A stretch of 64,000 nucleotides of DNA, taken from the NCBI GenBank assembly GCA_918797485.1, contig CAKKNE010000003.1, positions 4,154,001 to 4,218,000 of the forward strand, given 5' to 3'. Shown here one piece after another: positions 20,674 to 33,362 of the stretch. Source of the DNA: Pelagomonas calceolata. Lineage: Eukaryota. Positions within the stretch are counted from its first letter, which is position 1, and each line of letters begins with the position of its first letter. Under the pieces are notes generated by a model. It did no database searches and was not told where the DNA came from. It worked only from the letters and a program-made list of their open reading frames with translations. A program made the position numbers and the translations under genes.

Positions 20674-23304
20674 ATGCACCGAGCACTACTGCGACGCGTG
20701 CACGCGAGACGCCTCAGCACGGTGCCAAAACAAGCGCAATGCGTCGTAATCGGCGGTGGAATCATAGGCACGTCCACCGCCTACCACCTCGCGAAGCGAG
20801 GCTGGACCGACGTCGTGCTGCTCGAGCGGCACGCCTTGACGGCCGGAACGACATGGCACGCGGCGGGCCTGATGGTCACCTTCGGGTCCCTTTCGAGTAC
20901 TTCGACGGAGTGGCGCAAGTACTCCAAATCATTGTACCAATCCCTAGAAGCGGAGACGGGTCAGAGCACGGGTTTCCTGGGCTGCGGGTTTATCGAGCTG
21001 GCCACGGAACGAGATCGGCTCGAGGAGTACCGGCGCGTCGCGGCGTTCAACCGCAAGGAGGGCGTCGACGTGCACGAGATCGACGCGAGGGAGGTCTCCT
21101 CGTTATTTCCTTTATGTAGGACGGACGACGTGCTCGCGGGCTTTTATGTGGCGGACGACGGCCGCGTGAACCCGGTGGACGCCACCCAAGCGTTAGCCAA
21201 AGGGTTTAAACAGTTAGGAGGTACGATCGTCGAAGGCGTCGACTGTACAGATATCATAACGGAAGACGACGCCGTCGTCGGCCTGGAGACGTCCGCAGGA
21301 ACCATCAAGACGGACTACGTCGTCAACTGCGGCGGCCTGTGGGCGCGGGAACTAGGTAAGAGCCACGGCGTGCTAATTCCGAATCAAGCCGCGGAACACT
21401 ACTACCTCCTGACGGACGCCATGGACAATGTCGATCCGAGCTGGCCCGTCGTCGAGGATCCCAGGAATTACGCCTACATCCGGCCCGAGGGCGGCGGTTT
21501 GATGGTTGGGCTGTTCGAGGGCGAAGCTGCATCATGGGATTCATCAATACCGCCCTTCGGCGAAATAGCCCCGGACTGGGACCGGTTGGCGCCCTACCTC
21601 GAGAAGGCCATGTCGCGCGTGCCTTCGGTCCAGGACGTGGGCGTGAAGAAGTTATTTTGTGGGCCCGAGTCGTTCACACCTGATTTGGCACCACTCATAG
21701 GCGAAGCTCCCGAGTTACAAAGGTATTTTGTGGCGGCCGGTTTGAATAGCATAGGCATCCTGACGGGGCCCGGCGTCGGTAGGAGCGTCGCGAATTGGAT
21801 CGTGGACGGCGTTCCCGATGTGGATGTGTGCGGTTTTCACGTCGACCGGGCTCGAGACTACCAGGCGACGCCGGCCTATCGTCTTGAGAGGGTCAAGGAG
21901 GCCTTAGGGGATGTCTACAAGTGCCACTACCCGTACAAGACGCCGCAGGCGGGCCGCGACCTGTGTGGAAATCAACCTTCTTCACTTAGTCATTTCTCGG
22001 CGACGACGCGGCCCCGCTGACTGAACCGAGCGGTGAGAGACCCACACCGCCACGCTATCGAGCAGGCGTCGCGTCGATGGCGTGGAGGCCATGATTCAGC
22101 AGTGGGCGGAGAGGCGCCTCGATATTTGGTTTTCTACACAGGCCGCGACGCCATGCGGTCGCCGTTACACGCCGCGTTGGTGGAACGACAGGCGACGTTT
22201 CGCTCGGTCTCCGGCTTCGAGGCCGCGGACTACTTCGGCGGTAAAGATGGGCCCTTGAGTTGGGGCGAGCCGCCCTTCTTTGCGGCTTGGCGCGACGAGC
22301 ACCGCGCCGTGCGCGAGGCGTGCGGTTTAATTGATATGTCGTTCATGTCAAAATTCGTGGTCGCCGGCCGCGACGCCGTGCACGTGTTGCAACGCTTAAG
22401 CACCTCGGACATAAACACGGGCAAGATGACCTACACGCAGTGGCTGCATAAGGAGACGGGCGGCGTCGAAGCCGACGTCACGGTCTGCCGCCTGCCCCGG
22501 GGCACGCCCTGGGCGCCTACCGATGACTCCTTCCTCGTCGTCGCGACGGACACGATCCACCGGCGCGTCCAGGCGATGGTAAGGAGGGAGGTCCGTGACG
22601 GAGAGGTCTGCGCGGTCGTCGATATGACGGGTGGGCTGGCGAAGGTCGACGTCCAGGGTCCTTCATCAAAAGACGTGCTCCCCGAGCTTGGTGATTTGGC
22701 CTTCCGCGGCGTCTCCACCATTAGTATCGGCAAGTGCGCTTCCGTGGTGGCAGCGCGCCTCACCTACGTGGGCGAGCACGGCTACGAGCTCTTCGTCCCA
22801 TCAGAACATGCTGTAGACGTGCATGACGCGCTCGTCGACCGAGGCGCGCCCCACGGTCTGCGCCACGTCGGGCTCAAGGCGGTGAACTCGCTGCGGCTCG
22901 AAAAAGGTTACAGGGACTACGGCCACGACATCGATAATTTAGATGGTGTCCACGATGTCGGTTTGAGCTTCACGTGCGATTTGACAAAAGAATTCAACGG
23001 AAAAGATCGTGTTCTAGAAGCGGCCTCTCAACCACGGTCGCGGCGCCTCGTGTCCGTATTTGTTGAAGACAAAGACGCGTGGCCCCAGCCCGGGGCGCCG
23101 GTGTTGCGCGACGGTCGCGTGGTGGGCGACCTCCGGAGCGTGACCTACGGCCACGCGCTCGGGGGCTTCGTGGGCCTGGCGATGGTCGACGGCCCTCGAT
23201 GGTCGGGAGACGACTTCGCCGTCGACGTGGGCGGCCGCGTCTACCCGTGTCGCGCGTCGCTGCGCGGGTTCTACGACCCGCGGTCGGAGCGGGTGCGTGC
23301 TTGA
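20674..23304 (+). CDS. Mitochondrial dimethylglycine/sarcosine dehydrogenase-like protein (FAD oxidoreductase + GcvT domains). Exons 20674-21952 and 22142-23304
   Basis: Arg-rich presequence, VVIGGGIIG, LTAGTTWHAAGL, GPESFTPD, TYVGEHGYEL and SLRLEKGYR; in-frame GC-AG intron. Confidence 0.92.
21961..22141. mobile_element. Introner MITE (GC-AG intron 21953-22141)
   Basis: Perfect 8-bp TSD gccgcgac; TIRs ctgtgtggaaatcaa / ttggttttctacacag; carries an in-frame stop, so it must be spliced. Confidence 0.92.
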
Positions 23305-23619
23305 TAGTGTCGTGTGTGTAATTATTGTTTTGTAGACTTCCTTAATTGCTTGCTTAAGAGCTAGGCCGCCTAGCTACCTGGCGGCCGGCTTAATTATTTA
23401 TTTTATTTATTTATTTTTTGCCCAGCATGCGCCCGCAAACGACGTGTTTTGCGGCATAAATTGCACCACCTGTGCGAGCAACGCGTGCTGACAATCGCAT
23501 AAGTCGTATTGCTATCAAGCGAAGCGGCATGATGACCGTGTGGCGACAGTGACCAATATTTGCCTTCAGGCCTGAGGCTTCAGCGCTTGCAAAGTTGCAT
23601 TCGCCTGTCGAGTGACCGC

Positions 23620-24333
23620 TTAATTACTCTCTCCCTGTCGCGCGTAGTGGTCGCCGACGGCTCCCGCGCTCCGGTCAACGATGCGAGCCCTCCTCCTTGC
23701 CGCGGCCGCGGCCGCGACCATGTATTCGCCACAGACGAGCCGCGCCAGGGCCGGTGTCGCGCTGGGGGCTTTATTCACCACGGGATTGCCCACTGTTATC
23801 GCTTGCCCCAAGTCGCACCCCATCAGGACTGACGAGCTGGCGTCGGACACCTGAAGCCCGCCACAATCAAAGTACGAGTCGATGAGACTATTTTTGATCG
23901 CCCATGCGTACGGTTGCCCTTGAACTTCGAAGGTGACGTCTTCGGTCTTGAACGTAGTCTCCTTGCCGCTGTCGAGCGTCTCGCCGTTGCCCGTCAGAGT
24001 GAAGCCCGCCGACTCGATCGTCCCCGAAGAAGGGCCGTTGCTCGCGGCCACTTGAGAGTCAGGCACAGCGCAGTCCCAGGTGACCTGTGCGGATCGATCA
24101 ATCAATTTTTGGCATCACCCGATTAATTAATTTCCGCACGGCGAGCGAACGCCCGAGCCGTCGTACGCGGCGAGCGCAGTAGGGGCGGTGGCCGTCTTGA
24201 AGTTCAGCGCCGCGGCGCCGGCGGCGGCCAGCAGCATCACCGCGGCGACGACACTCGCCATCGCCCGCTTGCTGCTTTTTGGAGGCGAGTGGGCTTCAGG
24301 CAAAGAGCCATAGTCCTGCGAATAGGCGGCCAT
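23620..24333 (-). CDS. Hypothetical type II membrane protein. Exons 24333-24151 and 24084 onward; 3' part probably chimeric below ~23855
   Basis: YGSL motif and TM VVAAVMLLAAAGAAAL; a 66-nt GT-AG intron with an in-frame stop joins two ORFs. Confidence 0.6.
23720..23854 (+). pseudogene. Possible 5' fragment of a secreted protein
   Basis: MYSPQTSRARAGVALGALFTTGLPTVIA-CPKSHP, with a stop after 44 aa where it meets the opposing gene. Confidence 0.3.
24085..24150 (-). mobile_element. Short degenerate introner-derived intron
   Basis: Ends ctgtgcggatcgatcaa / taatttccgcacgg resemble the family TIR. Confidence 0.65.
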
Positions 24334-24437
24334 GTCGGCGCTTAGATGTGATTGATTGATTAAACTGAAGATACGAAACGGCACGAAACGCGCCGAGACT
24401 CAAAGTTGGCGATTTTGTGGCCGTCGAGTCTACTGAA

Positions 24438-24460
24438 GCTAGCGGCCTGTAAGGCACTAG
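24438..24460. promoter_or_regulatory. CTAG-bounded promoter motif copy (reverse)
   Basis: gctagcggcctgtaaggcactag, between divergent genes. Confidence 0.72.
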
Positions 24461-24655
24461 AAAGTGACTGGCTGGCGGCGGCCCTGGCGCCAGCGTGTTA
24501 GCACATATATAACCGCCAGCATCGCTTAACACGAACCAGTAGTCGCACGACTCTAAACCCTACTGGACAAGCCGTATCTCTCGCTACAAGCTTGCAAGCA
24601 GCCCTAGAGAGCATTTGGGACTCAGAGAGCGTTTCGAGGCAAGGACTTAATAGTG

Positions 24656-25738
24656 ATGCTGCAACACCTCCGCCGCATTCGACCCCTGCTGCAGCAGCAG
24701 CGCTCCTACAACAACATCGCCTCAACAGCAGAACCCGACGCCGCCCGCGCCAAGGCGCTGCAGCGCTACGGGAGAAACTTGGAGGTGCAGGCGCTCGTCG
24801 TCGACGCGCAAATATTCCGGCGGAAAGGCGGCGCGCCGCTGCAGGCGAGCGCGCTGGCCTTCGACAGCTCGCGGAAAGTTGCTGGCGGGCAGCAAGTTGC
24901 CTCCAAGGAGATGCTGACCAAGGCCGTCCGCGAGGAGCTCAGGGCGCGGGGCCTCGACGCCATCGGCAAGCCCTGGGTCGTGCGGGAACGCCTGGACCAA
25001 GCAAGGAGCGAGGCGGATGAATTGGCGAGCCTCGAGGAGTCGCTCGGTGCCGAGACGGCGCCCGTCGAGGCGGCTCGCGGGGCCAGCGCCTCCACCGTGC
25101 TCGCGTCGGGCGCGCCGTCGGATCAGCCAGACGCTTCAGCGGCTCCAGAACCGAGTGACGCCACCGAAGCGGCCGGAGGCATCGCGGCGAAGTACGCCGC
25201 CAAGCTCGCGGCGAAGCGCGGCGACGGCGCGCCCGCGGCGCCCACGCCGGGCGACGCTGATTTATTGTCGTCGGCCAAGGCATTGGTGGAGGCCGCCGAC
25301 GCCCAGCGGAACAACGACGAGTCGCGGTGGAGGATGGGACCTCCCGGATTGAAGGGCCTCCTCACGCACGCCTCGCGGCGGTCCATGGCCCTCGCCGTCG
25401 TCGCGCGGCCCGACACGAGTCCGCGGGAGCTCTCGGATCTGACGAGCCAAGCCGGCGTCGCGTTCGACGTCGTCGTGGAAGGGGAGGGCGGGCTGGGCGC
25501 GGCCGTCGACCAGCTCGGGCTCGAGCCGCACCGCGTGCTGGCGTTCGTCGACGACGCTTCGCTTCTCAGCCAGGCGAAGGCTCGCGACTTACGCACGGTG
25601 CAGTTCGTGGGCGACGGCGAGGAGCTTCCGGTCCGCCGCGACCGGCGGCCGGATTATGATGTCTCGGCCTGCGGCGACGTCGTCGGCGTCATCGACGAGT
25701 TGAACGGGCTGTCGTTCCGCGGCGGTTCTGCTATGTAG
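24656..25738 (+). CDS. Probable organellar protein with a SAP-like motif and degenerate HAD-like fold
   Basis: Arg-rich presequence; VREELRARGLDAIGKPWVVRERL (SAP-like); LGLEPHRVLAFVDD...RPDYDV (HAD C-terminal pattern). Confidence 0.6.
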   Translation: MLQHLRRIRPLLQQQRSYNNIASTAEPDAARAKALQRYGRNLEVQALVVDAQIFRRKGGAPLQASALAFDSSRKVAGGQQVASKEMLTKAVREELRARGLDAIGKPWVVRERLDQARSEADELASLEESLGAETAPVEAARGASASTVLASGAPSDQPDASAAPEPSDATEAAGGIAAKYAAKLAAKRGDGAPAAPTPGDADLLSSAKALVEAADAQRNNDESRWRMGPPGLKGLLTHASRRSMALAVVARPDTSPRELSDLTSQAGVAFDVVVEGEGGLGAAVDQLGLEPHRVLAFVDDASLLSQAKARDLRTVQFVGDGEELPVRRDRRPDYDVSACGDVVGVIDELNGLSFRGGSAM

Positions 25739-25788
25739 TGTTTAATACTGTTGTCAATCATGGGCTTAGAAGTAGGAAGGGAAGGCGC

Positions 25789-28700
25789 CTACGCCGACTC
25801 GCGGGCGATCCGGCGATTCCGGAGCACTTCGATTTTGCTCCAGATCATGTGAACGTCGATTTGATCGAGCCCCGCGGCCACCAGCATGGCATGCGTGAGA
25901 TCGCAGAGATCCTCGACGGTCACCTCCTGGCGCCGGAGGATACCCAGCGCGTCCTGGCTCGGCCTGACCCTGACCTCCGCGAGCTCGGCGACGAGCCGCT
26001 CGTAGCTCGCCTCCGTGTAGGCGGGCCGGACAGGCGGAGGTGGCGGCGGCGGCGCCGCGACGGGCATGTCCCACTGGACCTGGCCGGTCGTCGGGTGGCC
26101 GAAGTAGTACCGCTCGCTTCTCGCGTCCCAGAAGGCCTGCCACGGGTGCGGCAGCGTGGGAGGCTCCGGAACGGGCGCCGGCGGCGGCGCGGCGGCCGCG
26201 GCGGCCCGTTCGGCGGCCTCGCGGGCGGCGGCCTCGCGCGCCTGGTTCGCCGCGAAGTTGCTGAGCAGCTCGGCGGGCGACGGCACATGCACCGCCGGCG
26301 CGGCGACCGGGGCTGGCGCCGGCGCGGCACGCGCGACCGGAGCCGGCGCGGCGCACGCGACCGGAGCCGGCTCGGCACGCGCGACTGGAGCCGGCGCGGT
26401 GGCGCGCCGGCTACCTCCCGTGGATAGTGTCGGGAAGTCTTCCGCCACGGCCGCGGCGGCGCGTGGCGCAGGGTCGGGCGTGCCAGAGCGTGGCGCAGGG
26501 CGGCCGCGCGGCTGCGGATGGCCCTCGCGGGCGACGCCGACCCACTCGCCCTTCTCGTGGTCCCAGGTCGCGGGCTTTCCACTCGAGTCGTGCGGCGGGC
26601 GGCCACGCGGCTTCGGGTGATGGGCCCGAGCGGCGTAGCCCGCCGCGTCGACGCGGGCGCCCGCGCGCCGCCGTCCCGTGGAGAGTGTCGGGAAGTCCTC
26701 GGCCGGCGCCGGCGACGGCGCCGGCGCGTCGGTAGCAGGCCGCCAGTCGTCGGCACGCGAGGCAGACGCCGCCCCGAGCGTCGCCGGGAAGTCCTCGGCC
26801 GACGGCGCCGGGCCCTGCCAGACCGCGCCGTTGAGAGCGGGAAAATCAGCCGCCGTCGTCCGCCGCGTCGCGCGGAGGACGGGAAAATCGGCGGCCGTCG
26901 TCCGCCGCGTCGCGCCGAGGACGGGAAAATCGGCGGCGACGGGCCGCGAATTGGTAGAGGGCGCGTCCGCCGTCTTGTAGAGCGGGTGCTCGCCGACGCG
27001 CTGGCGCGGCGGCCGGTGCGCGGCCGGCCCGACCAGCTTCCGAGAGCTGCCGCCCATGCGTCCGCCCGCGCCGCCCTTGGCGCGCACGCCACACCCGAGG
27101 GACGGCTTCTCATTCTTCGTCGCCGCCGCCGGCTTCTTGGCCTTGCCGACGTCCTGGAGCGCCTTCTCCAGTAATGAAGCGTCCTCCGGTGCTAAAGCCG
27201 CCGCCCGCAGCTTGAAGGGGAAGCCCTTCTCGGGGTCGCCCCGGAGAGCTCGCGCCACCCTTTTCGCGGCGCTGTGCCCGCCCGGCACCCGGAAGCGACA
27301 ACATCTAGCATCTTTGGGCAGCTTCGACCGGTCCTTCTCCCACGGCGGGGCTAATTTACCCTTCAGCGCCGTGACCACTAAAGCCTCGTCGGCCACGAGC
27401 GCGTCCTTGACGCTTTCGCCATCTAGTCTACGCTTCGCTAATGCTGACGCCGTCGCGTTCGTCGTCCGCTGACCCAAAGGCCCGGCCCAGACGACGCCGA
27501 CTTCCTTCGACGGCGGCGCCTCGGCTTTGATGGTGGGCGCGTCCGCCACTTCCTCCACCGGAGCCTCCTCTTCCACGACGTCGTCGATCCGCGCCTCCGT
27601 GACGTCGGGCGCGCCGCGCGCGGCCCAGTCCGCGCCGCGCGTGAACGCTCGCGCCTCCGACCAGCCCAGACCATGAGCCTTGCAGATGTCTCCATTGAGA
27701 GCTAATCTAGGTGAAGCGACCCAGGCCGGCTTACATGCGGCCGCGTAGAGCTCGACGCACCCCCGCGAGCACTTTCTTACCACTCTCTCGTCGGCGCCGT
27801 GCATCGTCGCGCCCGAGCCCGCGCACTTGAGCTTGAGGACCTGTGTGTGTTGCGCGTGCGTTGCGTGTCGTGTCTGCTCGATGGCGTGCCTGCTCCACCT
27901 CCACGCCATCGACGCGACACCGTGAGACGCGTCGCCTCTCGCGTGATCATGAAGACGTAGGACGGCGTCATGGCACCTTGGCCGCGTGGACCGCGCGCTG
28001 CGCCGCCGCCGCGCGCGCCGCCTCCGCCGACGCCTCGGCGTCGCGCTCCGCGGCCAGGGCGAGCGCCTCGGCGTCGCGCTCGGACGCCAGGCGCTCGGCC
28101 TCGGCCGTCCGCTCGGCCGCGCCGCGCCGTTCCGCCTCCTCGCGCGCCGCCGCCTCCCGCCGAGCTTGAGCTTCAGCCATAAGCGCCGCCCGTCGTTGCT
28201 CCTCGGCCTCGCGCGCCTGCGCCTCCCGCAACGCCTCCTGCCTTTCTGCTTCCCGCTTCGCAGCGAGCTCGGCCTCGGCATCTGCGCGCTTCTGAGCCTC
28301 GGCTCTTTCCCTCTGTTTCAACAGCGCGGCCTTCCTCACCTTCTCCTCCTGCTCGCGGCGTCTCAAAGAAGGCGCCTTCACGGCAGGCTGCTCGCTTCGT
28401 TTCCGCACGACCAACGCTCGAGCTTCCTCCTCCAGCCCAGCCGTATCTTCCCTTGTCTCGAAGGCCGTGCGCATGCGGTTGATCAAGCGGATGGCTTCCC
28501 GGTCCTGCGCGCGCACGGCCCTCCCTAAATCGCCCTGATAGGGAAACTTGGCCAGCGCGCGCTCGTAGCGCTTCCTCCGTTCCACCTCCTCGACGTCGAC
28601 GTCGTCGTCGGCCTCCTCTTCATCAGTATACGCCTCGGAGTCGGTCTCCTCCGTCGTGGGCCCGAGAATATCATTGATGGGCGGCGGCGGCGGCCGGAAG

Positions 28701-29032
28701 ACGGGCGCGTCCTGGTCCTCGAGCGTCGGCATGCGGTCCTCGTCACTGTCGCTATCTTCGGGCATCGCCAGGTCTCTAGGTGGCGGCGGCGCGAACGAAG
28801 AGGCCATCGCGAGCATGGCCATCATTTGCGACGCCTGCTCGGGGTCCTGGAGGTGCTCGCGGAACTGCGCGATGGCCACGTCGACAGCGTCGTCAGAGAC
28901 AGCAGCGTTGCCGTTGAAGAACTGGCGCCGCGCGGCGTCCCTGTCTTGAAATGCTTCCGCTAATGAAGCCTGGAGCGCCCTCAACATCTCGGGCGGCAGG
29001 TTCTGGACGGGCACGGCGCCGGGCGGGAACAT
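25789..29032 (-). CDS. Large low-complexity protein with coiled coil, repeated DFPxL motifs, WW domain and C-terminal SAM-like domain. Exons 29032-27977 and 27840-25789
   Basis: GT-AG intron 27976-27841 joins the ORFs. WW LPHPWQAFWDARSERYYFGHPTTGQVQWDMP; SAM-like LRRQEVTVEDLCDLTHAMLVAAGL. Confidence 0.75.
27841..27976 (-). mobile_element. Degenerate introner-derived intron
   Basis: Acceptor-side ctgtgtg; core ctccacgccatcgacgcgac. Confidence 0.7.
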
Positions 29033-29208
29033 CGCGGCAGCGTGGAGCTGTGCCTTTTTGAGATCTTGCAACTGAGCACGCGTGGGTGTGTCACGCGCTC
29101 AGTAGGTCTTTGCAGCGACGCGCGTGAAGGTTTCACGCGTCTGGGGCGAGCGCTGCTATTCGCGCGAGCGCGATACGCAGCGGCAAAGGGCCTTGTCCTT
29201 TTGCTTGC

Positions 29209-29231
29209 CTAGTGTCTTACACGCCGCTAGC
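29209..29231. promoter_or_regulatory. CTAG-bounded promoter motif copy
   Basis: ctagtgtcttacacgccgctagc, about 180 nt upstream of ATG 29032. Confidence 0.7.
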
Positions 29232-29254
29232 TTAGTCACGCGAGAAGAAATGTA

Positions 29255-29790
29255 TTAGTCCTGGTCGATCCACGGCCTCTTCAACCGCTTCAGCCGAACC
29301 GGCTCGTCGCCGTGCATGCCGCATTTCGAGAGGCCGAGGATCAGGCGGGCCGTCGTGTTCGCGTTTATGATGTTACAAACTTCCGCGCGGCGCCGCGTCC
29401 GCGTCTTGTCCTTCCAATGGAGAAATCGAACCTGCGCGTGACTGGTCGCGGCGATGGCGTGTCGGTGGGGTAGGCTACAGCTCGTACGCCATCGACGCGA
29501 CGCGAATGTGTCAGACGCGGCGTTTCGCACGGCGCCTCTCGCAAGATGGCCGTGGCTGCTGCAGTGGTTGGGTTTCAGGTTATACGCCGACGGGAGCGCC
29601 GCGACCTCGCCGAACCTCAATGCCGCGGCGTCCAACGCGGGCTGGTCCTTGCCGCGGTGGTCACGCTTCTGGTGCTGCTTGCCGGTCCACATGTCCACGT
29701 AGGTCTCCCGCAAAATCTGCGCGAAGCGGATTTGGGACGGCGATCTACGTAGCAACACGGCGCCGCCCTGGAGATCGAAGCGCCGGAACA
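29255..29790 (-). pseudogene. Glycosyltransferase-like 3' fragment with no ATG or 5' part; in-frame intron 29530-29432
   Basis: LQGGAVLLR, KDQPALD, LPSAYN and VRFLHWK resemble GT-A C-terminal motifs. Confidence 0.55.
29432..29530 (-). mobile_element. Degenerate introner-derived intron (99 nt, in frame, stop-free)
   Basis: GT..AG with core acgccatcgacgcgacgc. Confidence 0.65.
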
Positions 29791-29791
29791 A

Positions 29792-30046
29792 ATGGGGCGG
29801 GCGGCCTTCAATAACCTACGCGTGTATTCCACGCTCCTTAGGGCTGGTTCCGCGCTCCCGACAGAGCAGAGACATATCGAAGAAAGGCCGTACTTGCTCA
29901 AGATCCAACGCGCCGGCGGCTTCCAACGGTACGAAGCGCAAGTCAAAAAGTCGCTCGCCGCGACGCTCGTCCCCAAATTCCCGCAAATTCCCGCCGAGGT
30001 CATCCCGACCATCGTCGAGTTCTGGGCGCACGCCGGGGACTACTGA
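29792..30046 (+). pseudogene. 3' fragment of an ankyrin-family gene
   Basis: VYSTLLRAGS...YLLKIQRAGGFQRYE...IPAEVIPTIVEFW parallels the C-terminus of 14688-15731 (VRAAGSWKRY...LPKELVWLILKFW). Confidence 0.6.
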
Positions 30047-30064
30047 TTAAAGATTCATAAATTA

Positions 30065-33000
30065 TCACCGCGCCCGGTCCGCCGCGATGCGCTGCTGGAT
30101 CGACCGATGAATCCCGCACAGAAAATCGACATAGGGCGGCCCGTGCGCCGACGCGTCCTCGATGAGTAGATCGGCCCGCGCCGCGAGGCGCCTTCGCTGG
30201 CGCCGCGTCTCCGCGTCGAGCGAGGCGCGCCCATTTAACGATGGCTCGTCCAGCAACAGCAGGGGCGGCGGCCGCGGCGCGTCGCGCGCCATCTGCTCTC
30301 GTAAAGCGTTCAACCCCGCGTCTATTCTCTCCATGCGATCGCCAGTCGTCGCCGCGCCGCATGATAGCCTAAGCGCTGTCCGCGCGTCGGGCGCCGCGCC
30401 GCCGGCAATATGAACATACAAGTGCGACGCGCAGTCCAGTAGAGATAACGGCGCACACGCCGACGCCGACGCCGGAATCGGATTCAGACTCCCGACGTCG
30501 CGAGGAAAGAGGTAGCCCCGCACGAGCGCACAGCGGCAGAGCCACGCGGGATGTGAAGCCATGGCTAGCTCGAGCGTCGCCGCCCGTTCACAGGCGTCGG
30601 CGCCGGGCGCTTGGGGGGACGCCGATCGTAACAGTGATCCTTTAAAGGCACCCAGGACCAGCAACGGCAGCAGCTTGATCGACTCGGGAAGAATGAGCTG
30701 GCCAGGAGGGCTTCGAGCGGCACAGGCCACCCGATACTCGTACAACGCCTCCACACAAGTAGTCTGCAAGGTATCTCTCGCCTTCTTCAGCGCGTCGCCG
30801 GAGATCTGCATCCTGCCCGGATCGGCGAGCTCGTCATGAATGTACAGAGCTCTAGTCAAACCAGACGCCACCAGAGCGCTCCGTACTAATGAAGAGAACG
30901 CCGTCTCGACGCAAACCGTCTTGTAATGCTCCGACGGCTTCGCTACGACTCTGATACAAACGTTGTGCACCCGGACTAACCGTCTTTTCGTCGCTGGGTC
31001 CGAATAGAGCAAAGCGCACTGGACATATATCCGTTTCCCAGCTTCAAAATTGACAAATCTCTCAAGATCGACACAAAACGTCGTCGCGGCCCTCACGGAG
31101 GAAATGTTTAATTCATCTTTGGATAACGAGCAGCCGGCGCCGTAGATCTGTTGCACTCGTAAACCGGTCGAACACCTTATCTTCAGCGTGGCCTCATGGG
31201 CCGTGTGGCAGCCCTCCGCGCCGTCGACGACGGCCACGCCCGTCTCTACTTCGTCTGTTGAAGGGAAGTAGCCGTCCGTACATTGAGCAAAGTCGCGTCG
31301 GAATTGATCGAGGTCGACACAATCGGAGTAATGCAACACACCGCCCGTCGCGCGGCACAATTCGCCCAGCTCCCGCGCGAACCGAGGCTGATCCCTCCCT
31401 TCTGAATCCAGCCAGAAGGCGTCGACACTCACATGCACGGAGTTGCATAGTAGCGAGGTCGTGGGATCCAGACCTTTCGGGGCACTTCTAGAAACGAGGA
31501 AGACTCGCCCACCCGTCTCTCGCAAACCATCCAACGCACACTCCAGCGCGGTCCTACAACCGTGGACGCCTTGCAACAACAATGCCGCATTGCGTAACGC
31601 GGGCGCGGCCTCGAGAGCCGCTTCGCAAGTTTTCGCAAACACGTCCCGCGTACCTAACCATTGATGAGAAGGCACAGCACAAAAGCCTTCCCTCACGACG
31701 CAACAGGCCGCGTTCGAGCCGTCTTCTCTACTTTTTCTCCACGCGTGCGCCTCGTCCCCAAAAAACGTCACTAACCCAAGCTTCGACAGCTTTGAGTGAG
31801 GAATAACATCGAGCACGTCGCCCACAATATCTTTCAGGCACTGGTCGTCGAACGACAGATCCAACACCACCACGGCGACGGGCTCTTGCACCGGCCGCGC
31901 GCAGTAGTCGCCTCGCACGAGAAAGTCCATCGAACAGCTGGAAAGTTCCGGCCGCTCGAAGCGGTCCGTCCGTTTACCACCAGGTGCGGCGCAGCGGTAC
32001 CACTCCGGCAGGTCCGACGTGTGGCCTGTGTGGGAACGACGCCGTCGCGACACGACCGCGACTCCCTCGTGAGGCGCGTGCGCTCTCTGGCGGCTGCATC
32101 GACGACGTCGAGGCGACGCGGTCTCATGAAGACGCCATCGCGGCGACCGCGTCACGTTCAAGTTCATTTTCTGCTCTGAGTCACTCGCCGCACAAGTGAC
32201 ATTTCCACGTCCGCTCCGTAAACGTAGCGAAGCCAGACACGAAGGCGCCGCACCTTTCACATCTGGGCGGGCCTTTCATTCCAAAGTCCACTAACCGTAG
32301 AGGATGCTCCTCGGGTCTTCGTTTCGCTAATGGTCGTACTGACAATGACAAAGGTAGCTTCGTGCGCTTGTGCTGGGCTTGATTCGCCAAAGTCGTCGAT
32401 GAGGAACATGAAACGTAGCGCGGTGAGACATTGAAATCGTCGGCCGGGTGGTCATAGATCGTGTTGCAGGTCGGGGGCGGCGGTGCCGTCGCCGGGTCCA
32501 CCGAATACGTAAACCTTTTGGGCGGGTCGCGCAGCGGCGCGGCGTCTACAACCGGACGGGGCATCTGCGCCGGGTCTATTCGTGGAGACTTTCGTGACGG
32601 CGTGCCCGGCGACGGCATGCCGTTCGAAAAGCCCGGAAAACCGCTTTGTGGGGGCGGTATGGGGCCGACGTTCGGAGGCCGCGGCGGCCTCGGCGCGGCG
32701 GTCCCGTAGCGGTGCTGGGTCGGCGGCGGCGCGCCGTAGCGTGGTTGTGCAGGGCCCGCGCCCGATGGTATCGCGGCCGGTGTTGGGTAGGCCGGCGCCC
32801 GCGGCGGGGCGGCGCCGGGTGCTGGCGCGTATCCTGGCGCCGTCCGCGGCGGTGCGGCGGGCGGCGGGTAGCCTTGCGCGGTTCTCGGCGGCGCCGCGCC
32901 GGGCGACGGATAGCCTCGCGGCGGTGCGGCGCTGGGCGGTGCTGCGTATCGCGGTGCGGCGCTAGGCGGCGGTGCATAGCCCGAGGCGGTCCGTGGCGGC

Positions 33001-33362
33001 GCGCCGGCCGGCGACGCGTACCCTGGTGCCGTCCGCGGCGGTGCGGCGGCCGGCGACGCAAAGCCGCGCGCGGGCGGCGCCCCGTACCGCGGCGCGGCCG
33101 TCGCCGGCGGCGCGAATCGCGGTTGTGCGGCGCCCGGCGGCGGCGGCGCGTACCGAGGCGCGGATGCGGGCGGTGGCGCGTGGCTCGGAGCCGTCCGCGG
33201 CGGCGCGACGGCGCGCGGTGGCGGCGCAGCCGTCGGCTGTGCGAATCTCGGCGCGGCGGCCATCGGTGCGGTTCCTCCAGGCGGACCGTAGCCTCGCGCT
33301 GGCGCACCGCGTGGCGGAAACCGCTGCCCACCTGGAGGCGGCGGGGGCGGTCGTGGCTGCAT
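30065..33362 (-). CDS. SEC24: COPII coat subunit Sec24. Exons 33362-32189 and 32025-30065
   Basis: Pro-rich N-terminus, zinc finger PPRCERCGAFV...WKCHLCG, RPELSSCSMDF, IRCSTGLRV, YVQCALLYS and QLILPESIKLLPL; GC-AG intron. Confidence 0.93.
32026..32188 (-). mobile_element. Degenerate introner-derived GC-AG intron
   Basis: Acceptor-side TIR ctgtgtgggaa; donor GCGAGT; core gacgccatcg. Confidence 0.7.
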
